From positions 1,760,001-1,824,000 of the forward strand of contig OZ240219.1 in the NCBI GenBank assembly GCA_965197645.1: DNA of 64,000 nt. The letters run 5' to 3'. This document shows positions 47,217 through 56,959 of this stretch, one piece after another (within the stretch, counting starts at the first letter, position 1; the number at the start of each line of letters is the position of its first letter). Source of the stretch: Dehalococcoidia bacterium (GTDB taxonomy: Bacteria > Chloroflexota > Dehalococcoidia > Plut-88900). Both the position numbers and the translations under genes were made by a program. Below the pieces are notes generated by a model. The model was not told the DNA's origin. It saw only the letters and a program-made list of their open reading frames with translations, and made no database searches.

Positions 47217-48428
47217 ATGGTGCGACCCCTCGAAGGCTTGAAGGTAGTAGAACTGAGTCTCTGGTTCGCAGGTCCCGCCGCCGGAATGCTGCTGGGAGAG
47301 TGCGGCGCCGATGTCATCAAGGTCGAGCCCCTGGATGGCGGCGATCCCCTTCGCGGCCTCTCCGTGGAGGAGCGCCACGGGCATCCGTCCGAAATCAACT
47401 ATCTCCTCGAGTTGGTCAACCGCAACAAGCGGAGCGTGGCTGTCGATCTGCGTCAAGACGAAGGGCGGGACGTCATCGACAGATTGGTCAAGGACGCGGA
47501 TATCTTCGTTACCAACCTCAGGCCCGGCGCCTTGGACCGCCTCAGGATGACCACCGAGCGGCTTACCCAGCTCAATCCACGCCTCATATACGGCCTGCTC
47601 ACCGCTTTCGGGCCTGAAGGCCCAGATCGGGACAAGGGGGGCTTCGATGAAGTCGGGTTCTGGGCCAGGGGCGGATTCCTCTCGTTCATGGGAGAACCCG
47701 ATGCTCCACCCACTCAACTGCACGGCGCCATGGGCGACCTCACCACCGCCATGTGTCTTGTCGCAGGAATCTCCATGGCCCTGCTCGTTCGTGGCCAAAC
47801 GGGTAAGGGGCAGGTGGTGGACTCCTCTCTGCTGTCAGCTGGCATGTGGGTGTCCGGGTTCGATCTACAGACCACCCTGTTCACCGGTGACGACCCCATC
47901 CGGCAGGCCAGATCCCAAGCTTACAGCCCTCTATACAATATATACATGTGTGGCGATGGTCGGTGGGTGCAGTTCTCAATGCCCCAGACCGATCGTTTCT
48001 GGGGCCCCGTTTGCCGGGCCCTGGAGATGCCGAACATGGAACACGACGATCGATACGACAGCCAGCAAAAGCTGATGAGCAGAAAGCAGGAGGTGGTGTC
48101 TCTGTTTGATCAGGCCTTCGCCCGCCGTCCGCTGAAAGAGTGGGCCACCCGGTTCGATCAGGAACAGCTCATCTGGGCCCACGATGCCAGGCTCTCCGAG
48201 GTGATCGCAGACCCCCAGGTGGCGGCCAACCGCTACCTGGCCCAGGTGCCCCACCCATCCCTCGGTGACCTGAAGGAGGTTGGGGTCCCGTTCCGCCTGA
48301 GAGAAACGCCTCCCCAGTCCAGCGGACCGGCCCCCGAGTGGGGCGAGCACACCGAGGAGGTGCTCGGGAGTGCAGGCTACTCCTGGGATGAAATCATCGC
48401 TTTGAAGGACCGAAAAGTGATCTACTGA
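47217..48428 (+). CDS. Class III CoA-transferase (CaiB/BaiF)
   Basis: PLEGLKVVEL..AGP, GADVIKVE, NRNKRS, MGDL catalytic Asp, GEHTEEVL. Confidence 0.9.
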   Translation: MVRPLEGLKVVELSLWFAGPAAGMLLGECGADVIKVEPLDGGDPLRGLSVEERHGHPSEINYLLELVNRNKRSVAVDLRQDEGRDVIDRLVKDADIFVTNLRPGALDRLRMTTERLTQLNPRLIYGLLTAFGPEGPDRDKGGFDEVGFWARGGFLSFMGEPDAPPTQLHGAMGDLTTAMCLVAGISMALLVRGQTGKGQVVDSSLLSAGMWVSGFDLQTTLFTGDDPIRQARSQAYSPLYNIYMCGDGRWVQFSMPQTDRFWGPVCRALEMPNMEHDDRYDSQQKLMSRKQEVVSLFDQAFARRPLKEWATRFDQEQLIWAHDARLSEVIADPQVAANRYLAQVPHPSLGDLKEVGVPFRLRETPPQSSGPAPEWGEHTEEVLGSAGYSWDEIIALKDRKVIY

Positions 48429-48460
48429 GGACCACCTAGCAATCGTAGAGGAGCTATTTC

Positions 48461-49240
48461 ATGCAGTTCGAAACGATACTGTACCAGTTGAACGACGACG
48501 GTATTCTGTGGATTCGCCTCAACCGTCCGGAGGTGCTCAACGCGGTGAATGACACCCTGGCCCGAGAGCTGCGGGATGCCGCCGGTGCCGCCGCCGCCGA
48601 TCCCAACGTCAAGATCGTAATCCTCACCGGTGTGGGCAGGGCTTTCTGCGCCGGCGCCGACCTCAAAGAGGCCTCGAGACGCTCCTCCGAGGATGGGGAG
48701 GGCGGCAACGCGGACCACCTGCAGGAATTCGCCCAGATTTTCCGAAACATGCGGAAGGTCGCCATCGCCGCTGTGAACGGCTACGCGCTGGGCGCCGGCT
48801 GCGAGTTCGTCCTCGACTGTGACATGGCCGTCGCCTCGGAAACCGCCAAGCTGGGCTTTCCTGAGACGGGCGTGGGCGCCACGGTCACTGGTGCAGGCAC
48901 CCATCTACTGCCTCAGCAGCTGGGCCTCGCCAAGGCCAAAGAGCTGATCTTCCTGGGAGAACACATACCCGCCCAGGAGGCGGAGCGTTTGGGCCTGGTC
49001 AACCGTGTAGTTGCGGCCGACCAGCTGGAAGATGCGGCCACCGAACTGGCCCGGGGCGTCTTGGAGAAGTCTGCCACCGCCATTGCCCTCGCCAAAGCCT
49101 GTCTAAACGTTGGCGCCGAGTCCACTTTCAGCACCGCCATCACCTACGAAAGGGACGCAGGACTGGCCGCAGGAGCCACTGGCGACATGGCCACCGCCGG
49201 TCAGGCTTTCAAGGAGAAACGAAGGCACACCTTCAACTGA
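48461..49240 (+). CDS. Enoyl-CoA hydratase/isomerase
   Basis: NRPEVLNA, FCAGADL, GYALGAGCE, GFPE. Confidence 0.92.
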   Translation: MQFETILYQLNDDGILWIRLNRPEVLNAVNDTLARELRDAAGAAAADPNVKIVILTGVGRAFCAGADLKEASRRSSEDGEGGNADHLQEFAQIFRNMRKVAIAAVNGYALGAGCEFVLDCDMAVASETAKLGFPETGVGATVTGAGTHLLPQQLGLAKAKELIFLGEHIPAQEAERLGLVNRVVAADQLEDAATELARGVLEKSATAIALAKACLNVGAESTFSTAITYERDAGLAAGATGDMATAGQAFKEKRRHTFN

Positions 49241-49285
49241 TCCCGGATGCGTAAGGAGGGTGTGATCTCCAGAAGGGCCGATGTC

Positions 49286-49894
49286 TTAAGTAAGGCGTCG
49301 ATGCTTGAGGAAAGCGCGGCCTCGAGGCGACAGCTCATAGCCGACCTCGTGACTAGTCGTTAGCCCCAGGTTCTTCAGCTTCCGAACATCCGCTTTGAAC
49401 GATTTCGTATCTCGTCCCGTCTGCGCTGCAAGCTTCGATGCGGCAACCTGGGGCTGTCGGCCGATCAATGTCAACGTCTCAACGGTCCACGGGCCGTGGC
49501 TGCTGCGGCTGTCCATACGCCCAAGCTGCGTTGACAGCCGGTCCAACTCTTCTGGGGACAACTCGGTATCACAGGCAAGTACTCGGCGCGGGTCCGGCTC
49601 TGTGCAGTAGCGGAAAGCGACCCGATAAACAGTATCGTCCTCCTTCAGCGGTCCACTCGACCTTTGGCTGAGCTCCTCTACCAGCTCTAGGAGGTCAGAG
49701 AAACCACAGAGACGGGCTTGGTCCTCGGTAATCGTCTCCAGCCCAACCTCGTCAACCGAGTTGATCATCACCACGCCTTCGGGGTCGAGACGGTACCTGC
49801 CGCCGACCTTTACCCTGGGACTGCTCCACCTGCGGAACGTTAGGCTAACAGCGCCATCGATGATTCCCGCATGGAATATCTGTTTGAAGATCAC
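49286..49894 (-). CDS. Hypothetical protein (ASCH/PUA-like N-terminus, winged-helix C-terminus)
   Basis: GIIDG...TFRRW..PRVKVGG, ITEDQAR..GF; FKADVRKLKNLGLT...GYELSPRG. Confidence 0.65.
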   Translation of the reverse strand: MIFKQIFHAGIIDGAVSLTFRRWSSPRVKVGGRYRLDPEGVVMINSVDEVGLETITEDQARLCGFSDLLELVEELSQRSSGPLKEDDTVYRVAFRYCTEPDPRRVLACDTELSPEELDRLSTQLGRMDSRSSHGPWTVETLTLIGRQPQVAASKLAAQTGRDTKSFKADVRKLKNLGLTTSHEVGYELSPRGRAFLKHRRLT

Positions 49895-50050
49895 CGCGCA
49901 CCTATTCTAACCACAGGGGTTCTAACCGCTCAGGACGGGCACGTGCACCAGTAGTGATCTATCAGGATGGGCGAGTACTTGGCGCGGGGACACCAGAAGA
50001 GACCATAAAGCTTTCAGAATGGGCCCACGCCTCAACGAAGGGGTCCTGGG

Positions 50051-50431
50051 CTAGGAGGCGCCCTCCCACCGATCGATGCCCGTGCCGCTGGTTATCGCTT
50101 CCTTCATGGGATCAAACCGATCGGAGGCGTCGGCGTATCCGGTCAGTTCATACACGATTAAGGGGCGGTTTGGTTGCCGGCAAAACATCTCTATGCAGTA
50201 TGCCGCACCGACCTTTTGAGAGACCCCAAAGGAGATATCGTCGAAGCTGACGTTCTTCTTGGAACCGAACAGCACCATTTTCTTATCCGCCACGGTCAGC
50301 CGTTGCTGGGACTTATCGAAAACGTAGTCCCTTGACGAAAGAAGACCGCCGGGTGGGGTAACCGTGACCTTCTCTCCGCTCACCACGCACTTCGCGAAAG
50401 GCTCCTCGATTCGCAAAGACTCACTGGCCAT
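50051..50431 (-). CDS. Hypothetical protein
   Basis: 126-aa ORF with RBS GGAGG; no recognisable motif. Confidence 0.55.
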   Translation of the reverse strand: MASESLRIEEPFAKCVVSGEKVTVTPPGGLLSSRDYVFDKSQQRLTVADKKMVLFGSKKNVSFDDISFGVSQKVGAAYCIEMFCRQPNRPLIVYELTGYADASDRFDPMKEAITSGTGIDRWEGAS

Positions 50432-50786
50432 AACCGCCCTCCCTTCAAGTTCAACCTTCCTGACCTCAGAGTGAATCTCGATTTAGGGTGGGATTGCTGA
50501 GGGATGTTCCCTAATTCTATCATTGGTAGCAAGCGTCCCAACTCCGTGGCCTCCGGCCCTGCGATGGCTGAGACGGGACCAGCTTCGTCATCGAGGGAAA
50601 GAGACCCTCCGCATTTCCTCGATGGGGGTTTAGGGAGAAGATGTATACTCTCCCCACCCCCAGGCACTGATCCGATGTGGGGTACTCCCGTGAGTGCCCG
50701 ACGTCGAGGGCAGTCAAGTTTCCGTCCGCACTAGGTCGGTTTACACACCCGCCCCGGGGGGCTGGTTTTAGAAAAGGCCCTCCGAT

Positions 50787-50929
50787 GAGCCTGTCTCAGA
50801 ACCCTGCTTTGAGGGAGTCCAGAGGGAAATTTCCCTCTGGCAGGGGGCCTGGGGAATGTTCCCCCAGCTACAAAACCTTCCGAGGGCGGGCGGTTGGGGC
50901 TAAGACGTCCGTACTTTTGAGACAAGCTC
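50787..50929 (-). repeat. MITE-like element with ~16-bp imperfect terminal inverted repeats, copy B
   Basis: GAGCCTGTCTCAGAAC ... CTTTTGAGACAAGCTC; the interior is homologous to 25950-26044. Confidence 0.7.
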
Positions 50930-50970
50930 CGATATGGCAGTGGCGCGGAGACTTCGATTAATCGGGGGCA

Positions 50971-51297
50971 TTACCCTTGAAAGGGCAGTTGAGGTGCGCC
51001 CAATCCGGACCCCTTGCAGACCTCCTGGTACCACTTACCGGAGCTGGGCTCTCTGAAAATTGTTAGATCGAAACCGTTCTGCAACGCCACCTTGTAGTAG
51101 GTCTTGGGCTGGGCTTGCGGTTCCCACCACTCATCATCGGCGCGCCAGCAGTCCAGAATTGTCACTACCCCTACCCACCTGCCCAGTCTGACTGCAGATG
51201 GGTTCCCCTGATAATCGGTGACGACCTTCACGGGGACCGATACAGTCGGCAGTCCTACTGCACTGGGCGCCTGTGATTCTTGAACACTTTGAAGCAT
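50971..51297 (-). CDS. DUF6504-like small protein (paralog of 54570-54860)
   Basis: ILDCWRADDEWW...KTYYKV...LTIFRE..SGKWYQ; RBS GGAGGT. Confidence 0.75.
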   Translation of the reverse strand: MLQSVQESQAPSAVGLPTVSVPVKVVTDYQGNPSAVRLGRWVGVVTILDCWRADDEWWEPQAQPKTYYKVALQNGFDLTIFREPSSGKWYQEVCKGSGLGAPQLPFQG

Positions 51298-51340
51298 GGG
51301 CCACCTCCATAGCGGTGCTTCTCTTTGATCGGCCGCTGAA

Positions 51341-51381
51341 CAGAACGAAAGTACTATAAAGCACTAATGTTCTATTGTCAA
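51341..51381 (-). promoter_or_regulatory. sigma70 promoter overlapped by two LexA (SOS)-like boxes
   Basis: Minus strand TTGACA-17 bp-TATAGT; boxes GAAC-N4-GTAC and GCAC-N4-GTTC. Confidence 0.8.
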
Positions 51382-51439
51382 GCCCTTGCGAAATAGCCTT
51401 GCTCAGGCGGCTACTGACTTTATGGAGGTAGCTGTTCCC

Positions 51440-54400
51440 TCAACCCCAATTCCTGGCCTTGGGCAGCGCACCCGTGGTTTCGATACTCGACACGCTGCTG
51501 GCTACTATGTTCAGCGCGTCCTCCCGTCTTGAGACCACCCCCTTCACCTTGAGCACCGGCTCTCTAAGGACCAGGCGATATCGCTCGTAGACCTTGGGCC
51601 ATACCACCAGGGGTATGTGTCCGAACTCATCCTCCAGGGTGATGAAGATCGCATTTGCGCTGGGGTGCTGCCGGCGGACCACCAGCCCGGCGACCGTCAC
51701 CTCGCTGCCCTCTTCCAGGTCCTGGACCTGATAGCTCGGCAGGACGTTCTTGTCCAAAGACGGCCTGATCTGGGTCATGAGATGCCCATCGGGATGCAGC
51801 CCCAGGGTGCGGTACTCTCCCATCATCTTTTCCCATCGACTCAAGGATGGGAGCTCGACGAGGTCTTGCTCGACGGGAAGAGGAAGGGCCATCTGAGTCC
51901 CGGATGAGCGGTATCTCAGTCCCACCTCCCATAGCGCCGACCTCCGGTCCGCAGCCAGCGAGTCGAAGGCGCCGGCCCCCGATAGGTCCTCCAGTACCTC
52001 TCGACGCAGGCCCGTTCTTTGCATCACATCGCCCAGCGATTCAAAAGGCCCATCCCTTTCCCTAGCCTCCAGGACCGATTCCACCCCGGACCCTCCCATT
52101 CCCTTCACAGTGAGCAGTCCCAGAAGTATCCCTTCGTCCTTGATTGCGCACTTGGCGTCGCTTTCATTGATGTCCGGATTGAGAACATCTATCCCGTGTC
52201 GTTTGGCGTCCTCTTTGAGGGTCTCCGTGTTGTAGAAACCCATGGGCTGCTGGTTGAAGATTCCCACGAAGAACTCCAGCGCGTGGTAATGCTTGATCCA
52301 GGTCATCTGGTAGGCTGTTATCCCGAAGGCGTAGGCGTGGGACTCGGGGAACATGTACTGCCCCGAGAACTTGCCAAATATCTCTCTTGATACGGACTCG
52401 GGCACCCCCCGTTTGGCCGCCCCTGCCTCGAACCTATTCCAGTACTCCTGGAGCAGGTCCCGATTGTTCTTTCTGCTGAAGGCGCGACGCAGCTGGTCTG
52501 CCTCCATGGCACTGAAGCCCGCTACGTCCATTGCCAGCTGGTTCACCTGGTCCTGGAAGAAAACGATTCCCTCCGTGCGTTCCAGAGCGTCTCTTTCCAG
52601 CGGATGAGCATAGTCCCACGGCTCTTTACGGACGTACCTTTCTATGAACTTGGAAATGCCATTGTTCACTCCCACCCCCGGTCGCACGGCAGCAACCTCT
52701 ATGGCCATCTCTTTGAGGTTCTTCGGCTTGACGCGGGAGATGGTCTGCATCTGCGCGGCGGACTCCACCTGGAAGATGCCGATGGTATCGGCTTTATGCA
52801 GCATCTCATAGACGGCCTCGTCCTCGAAGTCGATACGCGAGAGGTCCGGGTAGGTGCCATCTCTCTGCTCTATGAGGGCCAGGGCCTCGTTTAGCTGGGA
52901 CAGAACCCCCAGCGAGAGGAAATCTATCTTCACGAACCCGGCGTCATCGATACTGTCCTTGTCCCAGTGGCAGACGTACCGTCCGTCCATGGCGCTTTGG
53001 TGTACGGGCACCACGTCTATGAGGGGAGATGAGCTTATGATCATGCCCCCGGGGTGCTGGGCCAGGTACTTGGGGAATCCCTCCAGCTGTTTCGATAGGT
53101 CTATCAGGTCCCGCCACCCCGGTGCGTCCGCCCTGTGCCTGAACTCTGGGAGGATGTTCATCTCCGACTGCAGGCTCGCCGAATGCCGGGTATCGACCCG
53201 CTTGGCAAGCTTATCAACGTCCTCGGAAGGGAGGCCGAGGACTTTACCCAGATCACGAATAGTCCCCTTCATCTTGTAAGTGCTTATCATTCCGGACAGG
53301 GCAGCCCGCTCCCACCCCCATTTTTCGTGCACCCGTTTTATCAGCTCCTCCCTGATCTCCCGGGGAAAGTCCAGGTCTATATCGGGCGCCGCTCCCATCT
53401 CGTCACTCAGAAACCGTTCCAGCGAGAGGTTGAACTCCAGCGGGTCTATATGAGATAGACCGATGAGATATCCCACCAGCATCGCCACTGACGAACCTCT
53501 CCCTCTGCCCGGGGGCCTCTCTTCCAACGGTATCTCGGGATCGGTCAAGCCCAGGTCTATCATCACCTCTCGGGCCATCTGGATTATCTCGTGGTAGATC
53601 AGGAAGAATCCTGCCAGGCTATGCTTTTTGATCAGCCGGAACTCTTCTTTCAACCGCTCTCTTACCCGAGGCGTGATGGAGCCGTACCTTCGGACGGCGG
53701 CCTCGTAGCAAAGCTTTTCGAAATAGCTCTGAGGAGTGTGGCCTTCTGGGACTGGATAGTCGGGGAACCGATACCCCAGATGCTGGGTCAGATCGAATGT
53801 GCACCGCTCGGCGATGACGAGGGTGTTCCGGACAGCCTCGGGGTGTTCCGGGAACAGCTCCTCCATCTCCAGCGACGACTTCAAATGGAACTCGGAGTTG
53901 GCCCTTCTCTGTCTGTGGGTCTCGTCCAGGCTTTTACACGCCTTTACTGCGACCAGAGAGTCCTGCAGTCGATGCCTCCCCCGTGTGTGATAGTGAGCGT
54001 TGTTCGTGGCCACCACCTCGATTCCTCGATCTTCACCCAGTCCGGTCAGAAGCCGATTCCTTTGGGTGTCGCCGTAGACCAGGTTTTGCTGCAGCTCCAG
54101 GTAGAAGCCGGAGCCGCCGAACCATCGCAGGTAGCGGTTGGCTGCTGACCGGGCCTCTGAGTACCGAGATTCCGCCAGAAGCACGGGTATCTCCCCCTTT
54201 GGACACCCTGATAGAGCGATGAGGCCCTCCGTGTGGTCTGGTATGAGGTCCGGGTCCAGCTCCGGCTCTCGGCGGTCCGATGTCATGTGGGAATAGGAGA
54301 TCAGCTGGCACAAGTTGCTGTAACCCCTGGCCGTCTCGGCCAAAAGGGTCAGATGGCCTCCTCCCTTCAGGGTGACTTCGGCACCGGTGATGGGTTGAAT

Positions 54401-54577
54401 TCCCATGGAGCGGGCCTGCTGGGCGAACTCCATGGCGCCGCACAGGTTGTCATGATCGGTCAGGGCTAGGGCCGGATACCCCAGCTCTTTGGCTCGCAGC
54501 AGAAGCTCGTGGGTGAAGGAGGCCCCCTCTTGGAACGAGTAGTTGGAGTGGCAGTGCAGCTCTACGTAGCTAGACAT
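51440..54577 (-). CDS. dnaE2: Error-prone DNA polymerase III alpha (DnaE2/ImuC)
   Basis: YVELHCHSNYSF PHP domain, GRGSS, PDIDLDF, QHPGG, FPESHA, QQPMGFY, C-terminal ARNW. Confidence 0.93.
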   Translation of the reverse strand: MSSYVELHCHSNYSFQEGASFTHELLLRAKELGYPALALTDHDNLCGAMEFAQQARSMGIQPITGAEVTLKGGGHLTLLAETARGYSNLCQLISYSHMTSDRREPELDPDLIPDHTEGLIALSGCPKGEIPVLLAESRYSEARSAANRYLRWFGGSGFYLELQQNLVYGDTQRNRLLTGLGEDRGIEVVATNNAHYHTRGRHRLQDSLVAVKACKSLDETHRQRRANSEFHLKSSLEMEELFPEHPEAVRNTLVIAERCTFDLTQHLGYRFPDYPVPEGHTPQSYFEKLCYEAAVRRYGSITPRVRERLKEEFRLIKKHSLAGFFLIYHEIIQMAREVMIDLGLTDPEIPLEERPPGRGRGSSVAMLVGYLIGLSHIDPLEFNLSLERFLSDEMGAAPDIDLDFPREIREELIKRVHEKWGWERAALSGMISTYKMKGTIRDLGKVLGLPSEDVDKLAKRVDTRHSASLQSEMNILPEFRHRADAPGWRDLIDLSKQLEGFPKYLAQHPGGMIISSSPLIDVVPVHQSAMDGRYVCHWDKDSIDDAGFVKIDFLSLGVLSQLNEALALIEQRDGTYPDLSRIDFEDEAVYEMLHKADTIGIFQVESAAQMQTISRVKPKNLKEMAIEVAAVRPGVGVNNGISKFIERYVRKEPWDYAHPLERDALERTEGIVFFQDQVNQLAMDVAGFSAMEADQLRRAFSRKNNRDLLQEYWNRFEAGAAKRGVPESVSREIFGKFSGQYMFPESHAYAFGITAYQMTWIKHYHALEFFVGIFNQQPMGFYNTETLKEDAKRHGIDVLNPDINESDAKCAIKDEGILLGLLTVKGMGGSGVESVLEARERDGPFESLGDVMQRTGLRREVLEDLSGAGAFDSLAADRRSALWEVGLRYRSSGTQMALPLPVEQDLVELPSLSRWEKMMGEYRTLGLHPDGHLMTQIRPSLDKNVLPSYQVQDLEEGSEVTVAGLVVRRQHPSANAIFITLEDEFGHIPLVVWPKVYERYRLVLREPVLKVKGVVSRREDALNIVASSVSSIETTGALPKARNWG

Positions 54578-54860
54578 AATTCTGCCGGTACCACCGGGAC
54601 GTGGTCTGGTCTTGAAATGCCGTCAAGGTTCGTCCGTCCTCCAGGACCAGGTAATGGTAGGTCCGGGAGATGGGGCGGGGCCGCCACCATTCGTCGTCGA
54701 TGCGCCACCTGTCCTGGACGGCCGTCACCTGCAGAGGAAGACCTCCCAGCACAATCACCCTGGGCAGGCCGTCATCCCCCACTTCGACCTCCAGGTCAGC
54801 GGGAGCCCTTAGAGGGCGTATCGCACCAACGCTTCCCGGCGTTCCGGTATTCTGGACCAC
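54570..54860 (-). CDS. DUF6504-like small protein
   Basis: VQDRWRIDDEWWRPRPISRTYHYLVLEDGRTLTAFQD...RWY; overlaps the imuB end and the dnaE2 start. Confidence 0.75.
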   Translation of the reverse strand: MVQNTGTPGSVGAIRPLRAPADLEVEVGDDGLPRVIVLGGLPLQVTAVQDRWRIDDEWWRPRPISRTYHYLVLEDGRTLTAFQDQTTSRWYRQNYV

Positions 54861-56107
54861 GGCTCTACCTCCCTGAGCTGAAAGATCGGGGCCTTGCACC
54901 CCAGCCTCGCCTCCAGCTGCCTAACCGAGTCCCTGAGCCGGTCCCTTTGTCGTACCTTTGGAAAAAGGTTTATCTGCCGGCCCGTTTCGCGGCTGATTCC
55001 GGACAGTATCAGGCTCAGGTCCTCCAAGGGCCCCGGCAGCACTCGAGATGCAAGCGACCCTTTGATCAGTGCAAGCCCCTGTTCGGCGCTTGCCACCGGC
55101 TCCCTGAACACCATCCTGTGGGTCCAACGAGGCCCTCGCATAGTCCGACCCTCCAGCGTGGACACCCGCGCCTGTCTTCCTCTCACACGGGGACTCGAGA
55201 AGGCCCTTCTCAGCAGGGTTTCGATGGCCATGAGCACCGGCTCGATGGTGGATACAGGATCGGGAAAGCTCATCGACTCAACAACTTCCTCCTCTTTCTT
55301 CCGAAGAAGTATCTCGGTCTTATCGATCCCATTTGAAAGCTCCCAGATACGTCGCCCCACAGGTCCGAACTGGGATGTCAGAGGACCGGGGGCCAGGGAC
55401 GCGATCTGCCCCAAGGTATGCAGACCGAAGACGTGAAGACGCTCTTTCAGGGCCCAGGAGACGGGCAACACCTCTACGGGCAGCTTCTCTAGGAATCCCT
55501 TGATGTCATCCGGCGCTCTGAACGCCTGGTTGACGGCGGCGCGCCTGGCGGCCAGGTACGCGGGGAATTTCCCCTTCGCAACCCCGATTCTGGCGCCGTC
55601 ACCCTCGGGGGGCAGGGACAGTATGGCGCTTATCATCCGGGCCTCACCTCTGTACATTCCTTCCAGTCCCTGCAGCCCGACGTACGCGCAACCCAGCTCG
55701 GCAGGCTCTACGATTGGACTCCTGCCCTCGAGGGAGTCCAGCACCCGCTCGAAGGCCTGCTCGTAGTGTGGCATGTCAGCCTCGATGAGGTTGGCCGACC
55801 TGGCTCTCGACAGCGCCTCCTGCAACGGCATGTTCCTATGCACACCCTGCAATTGAGGTGAATAGTCCAGAACATACTGCTTGGAGCCGTGGGAACAGTA
55901 GATGATGGAGGGGATGCTCTTCAGCCCGGGGTTCCTCATGGCCTCCTGTCTCAGTGCAAAGTGATCGATGAGGACGCACGCCACCTTCGCCGGGGTGCCT
56001 TTCTTGGAGTTCTTGCGCTTCCGAGAATACCGGGGCTCGGCCTTGAGCCCTTCTCTCGGGGAGCCGATTGTCAAGATATCGTCTTCGACGGCTTGGACAG
56101 GGTTCAT
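54809..56107 (-). CDS. imuB: Inactive Y-family polymerase ImuB
   Basis: Y-family fold without catalytic acidic residues, GLHTLGQIA, clamp motif QINLF, EPWSRIPERR tail; ATG 56107 after GAGGAGGT (frame open to 56314). Confidence 0.85.
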   Translation of the reverse strand: MNPVQAVEDDILTIGSPREGLKAEPRYSRKRKNSKKGTPAKVACVLIDHFALRQEAMRNPGLKSIPSIIYCSHGSKQYVLDYSPQLQGVHRNMPLQEALSRARSANLIEADMPHYEQAFERVLDSLEGRSPIVEPAELGCAYVGLQGLEGMYRGEARMISAILSLPPEGDGARIGVAKGKFPAYLAARRAAVNQAFRAPDDIKGFLEKLPVEVLPVSWALKERLHVFGLHTLGQIASLAPGPLTSQFGPVGRRIWELSNGIDKTEILLRKKEEEVVESMSFPDPVSTIEPVLMAIETLLRRAFSSPRVRGRQARVSTLEGRTMRGPRWTHRMVFREPVASAEQGLALIKGSLASRVLPGPLEDLSLILSGISRETGRQINLFPKVRQRDRLRDSVRQLEARLGCKAPIFQLREVEPWSRIPERREALVRYAL

Positions 56108-56320
56108 GACCGTACACACCTCCTCGAACTCACCTCTATACCCTCCATTCCCTCTCGCCATCCCTCCGGTCCTCGCTCGGAAGGGATGCGGACGGCCCTC
56201 TCTATCTCGGCCGGGGCTTCTTACCATCCACTGGGAGAATCCCATGGCCTGCTCTTTGAGAGTAGCAAGCTCAAAGCCCTCAGCATCGAGGACGAATTCC
56301 TCCGTAGGGACCACCTCATG

Positions 56321-56360
56321 CGAACAGGCGTACTATAAAGTACATTAGTTCTACTGTCAA
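56321..56360 (-). promoter_or_regulatory. sigma70 promoter overlapped by two LexA (SOS)-like boxes
   Basis: Minus strand TTGACA-17 bp-TATAGT; boxes CGAAC-AGGC-GTAC and GTAC-ATTA-GTTCT. Confidence 0.82.
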
Positions 56361-56545
56361 GGGTGTAGAGAAGGAGAGTACACTCTTTTCCAATTGAGGA
56401 GGTCTGGAGGATGTGCCCCCAGCAAAGAACCGTCCGAGGACGGGCGGTTGAGACCAATGCATCTGCCCTTTCGATACAAGCTCCCCTTGCTTCTTTCGGG
56501 TACACTCACCTGAAAGGCCTGAAGCTGAGGACCAAGGAGCAGCAA

Positions 56546-56887
56546 ATGGGGACATATCGGCTGTACACCGGGGATGACCGCCAATCTCACGTCGAACCCA
56601 TAGATTTAGCCGGTGCTCCCGATTGGACACGGGGGCTGGCGGCCACGCAGATTACCTTCCAGGAGCAGCCCGTGGGCAGTTTCCTGGACTGGCACCCCGC
56701 ACCGAGACGCCAGTTCGTCATCATCCTCTCGGGGCAGCTGGAGATCGGTCTGGGCGACGGTACCAAGCACGTTTTCGGCCCCGGCGATGCTCGCCTGGTG
56801 GAGGACACCACGGGCCAGGGCCATACCACCGCCGTTTATGGTAATCAGCCGTGCCTCACGGCCACCATCCCGCTGAGCGATCAGTGA
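56546..56887 (+). CDS. Cupin-fold protein
   Basis: RLYTGDDRQSH, DWHPAPRRQFVIILSG, EDTTGQGH. Confidence 0.8.
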   Translation: MGTYRLYTGDDRQSHVEPIDLAGAPDWTRGLAATQITFQEQPVGSFLDWHPAPRRQFVIILSGQLEIGLGDGTKHVFGPGDARLVEDTTGQGHTTAVYGNQPCLTATIPLSDQ

Positions 56888-56959
56888 TGGCCGGTGAGCT
56901 GTGGGCTGCGCTTTCGAGTGTAGGGCTGGAATCGGCAGACACTGAAGAGGTGAGGACAC

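Noticed and set aside
56108-56314. 69-codon in-frame extension upstream of imuB as a fused imuA remnant
   Set aside because: No RecA-like or Walker features, and a strong RBS precedes ATG 56107; treated as leader.
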